The position numbers and the translations under genes are program-made. From assembly GCF_009914755.1 (NCBI RefSeq), contig NC_060936.1: 64,000 nt of DNA. One strand, 5' to 3'. This DNA comes from the human T2T-CHM13v2.0 reference genome, Homo sapiens. Of the stretch, positions 58,516 to 64,000 are shown in pieces (position 1 is the stretch's first letter; every line of letters starts with the position of its first letter). The notes below the pieces were generated by a model. The model was not told the origin of the DNA. It made no database searches and worked only from the letters and a program-made list of their open reading frames with translations.

Positions 58516-59563
58516 TAGCTGGGATTACAGGCGTGCGCCACCATGCCCAACTAATTTTTGTATTTTTAGTAGAGACGGGGTTTCACCTTGTTGGCCAGGC
58601 TGGTCTCAAACTCCTGACCTCTCAGGTGATCTGCCCGCCTTGGCCTCCCAAAGTGCTGGGATTACAGGCGTGAGCTACTGTGCCCGGCCTCTGTGGTTAT
58701 AAATTTAAAGTGAGATTGGTCAGTATGGTTTATTTCCTCCAGCCATATTCAGCTGCAGGGGTGTATGTTTGGAGTGAATTTAACCAGGGAGGGGTTTTGC
58801 CAAGATAGCCAAACAAAGCAGGAGAAGGGCAAGGGATAGAGGGTACCTGTGTATGCAAGGGAGTGGTATAATATACTGTGGAATTCTAACCGGGTAAGGA
58901 GGGGAGGACATGAAGTGGCTAAGAGATAGTGAAAAGATGGGAGAAGCAATGGATGGAAGGTCCTGGTGGGATCAGAAGCTGCTGGAGTTTGGGTATGTGA
59001 GAGACTGAACCATGAAGATAGTGGGTTATTGTTGGACAGTGGGAGCTAATTGATATTGTGAAAGCATGATCATGGGATGAGTGGGTAAAGGACAAGATCA
59101 GTGGAAGTGAGAAATTTAAAGAACTGAGACAAGGAATTCAGAGAGATAGGGTATGGAAAGATCATCTTTGTGAAATCACTGAGAGTTAAGATAGTAGTGT
59201 AGAAGGTCACAGTAAGCCGGGTATTGGGTAATAGAATTTTTATAGGATATTCGATGTAAGGTTTTGTGTTTTTTTAGGGAATAAGGAGGGAGACTGATTT
59301 GGAAACATCTGTGAGGAGCAAAGAGGACACTTACTCACCCCCAGGTCCAGTGGTATGAGAGGTATGGGGAAGGTAACTTACACCACTTTAGGGCCCCAGA
59401 GGCCAGTGTGGCCCCAGAGGAGAACCGGCTTTTAATTAGAGCAAGAAGTTGAAGGGAATATTCAAAGAAGATGCTGAAAATGTAGGGAAAGCGCTTCAAA
59501 GTTTGGAGAGGTGGATGACACATGGAGACGGAACTAAAGATATGCAGAACAGTGTGGGGATTA

Positions 59564-59848
<285 letters not shown>

Positions 59849-60597
59849 CTAGACTCTGTCTCAAGAAAAAAAAAAAAAAAAAAGAATGTGGGAGATGGGA
59901 GATGAGAGATGTGGGAGTCTGGGGCTTCTTTGATGGACAGCATAAGCAGAGATAAAGAACCTGAAGAGATTAGGCCTGGTGGAGAGCAGGCAGGCACTGG
60001 AGGTGAGGGTGGGAGTGTGGGGAGGGAGCAGGGGCGTTCTTACCTAGATCCCCTGCTGACACATCTGTTCATAATGGAGAGGAGTATCTTACTCCAGGTG
60101 TAAGGGGTTCTCTTTTGATGAATCCTGTGGGCTCTCTCTTTATGATCACATATTAATGCCTTTTGCTTTAAGTATTTATTTTTTTTGAGGCAGGGTCTTG
60201 CTATATTATAGCCCAGCCTGGCTTCAAACTTGTGGGCTCAAGCAATCCTCCTGCCTCAGCCTGTTGGGTAGCTGGAACTACAGGCGTGCACCACTATGCC
60301 TGGCTTTTTCACTTTAAGTCTTTTTGTCTCTGTTACTAATATTAATGAATGAATACCAATAAGATTTTTTGATTAATATTTGTGTAGCACATTTTTTTAA
60401 ACCATCTTTTAAATTGTCAGCCCTCTGGCTTACTTTGCTTTAAGTGTTTCTTCGTAAGCTGTACATAGTTGTATTTCAAAAATCTGATTGTCTTGATAAA
60501 TGTAATCTTTTCATATTTAATGTGATTACTGATAGTTTACACTTATTTCTGCTGTTTTCATTTATACTTGTTTTTTGAACCCTACTTTTTTTTTTAA

Positions 60598-60894
<297 letters not shown>

Positions 60895-61395
60895 TAGCCT
60901 TGAACCACATTTTTTTTTCCTTTTTTTTTTTTTTAAGAGACAAGGTCACACTCTCTTGCCCAGGCTGGAGTGCAGTGGCATAATCCTAGCTCACTTCAGC
61001 CTCAACCTCCCAGGCTTAAGTGATCCTCCCTCTTCAGCCTCATAAGTAGCTGGTACTGTAGGCACAAGTCCCCATGCCCAGCTAATTTTAATTTTTTTGT
61101 AGAGATGGGATCTCACTATGTTGGCCAGGCTGGTCTTGAACTCCTGGTCTCAAGCAGTCCTCTCACATTGGCCTACGAAAGTGCTGGGATTACAAGTGTG
61201 AGCCATGGTGACCACACTTCTTATTTGCATTCTGTTGTATATATGGAGTCCTTTTTTCTTCTGATTTTTAAGTTGAACATTCTATTTCTCTGTTTAGTAG
61301 TTAACTGTTAAATTTTTAACATGCATACTTACTGAAGTCCAAGATTAATATCTTTGACTTCCTGAATAATTCAGGAACCTCAGAATGCTTTAAGT

Positions 61396-64000
<2,605 letters not shown>

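Overview
Human-type genomic DNA that is Alu-rich and contains CpG islands. From the proteins and gene order I recognise it as the TROAP-C1QL4-DNAJC22-SPATS2 interval (12q13.12, from memory). In order it contains: the last seven coding exons of TROAP/tastin (+, 1117-3807, with a 99-bp coding tandem repeat); the complete two-exon C1QL4 gene (-, 238 aa, convergent with TROAP); intergenic CpG islands; DNAJC22 (+, 341 aa, two coding exons); the SPATS2 CpG-island promoter with non-coding 5' exons and a repeat-dense intron; and an intronic FGFR1OP2 processed pseudogene running off the right end. I see no prokaryotic elements, CRISPR arrays, tRNA or rRNA genes. The most interesting signals are regulatory. 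(1) An in-frame AUU codon in ideal Kozak context could turn secreted C1QL4 into a membrane-anchored form. (2) POU-domain motifs are spread around C1QL4, including a perfect 16-bp POU4F site and two helically phased octamer triplets. (3) All six visible TROAP introns have lengths divisible by 3. (4) An in-frame uORF stops 3 nt before the DNAJC22 ATG. (5) An L1-derived SPATS2 5'UTR exon carries uORFs. Repeat boundaries and subfamilies were read by eye and are approximate.
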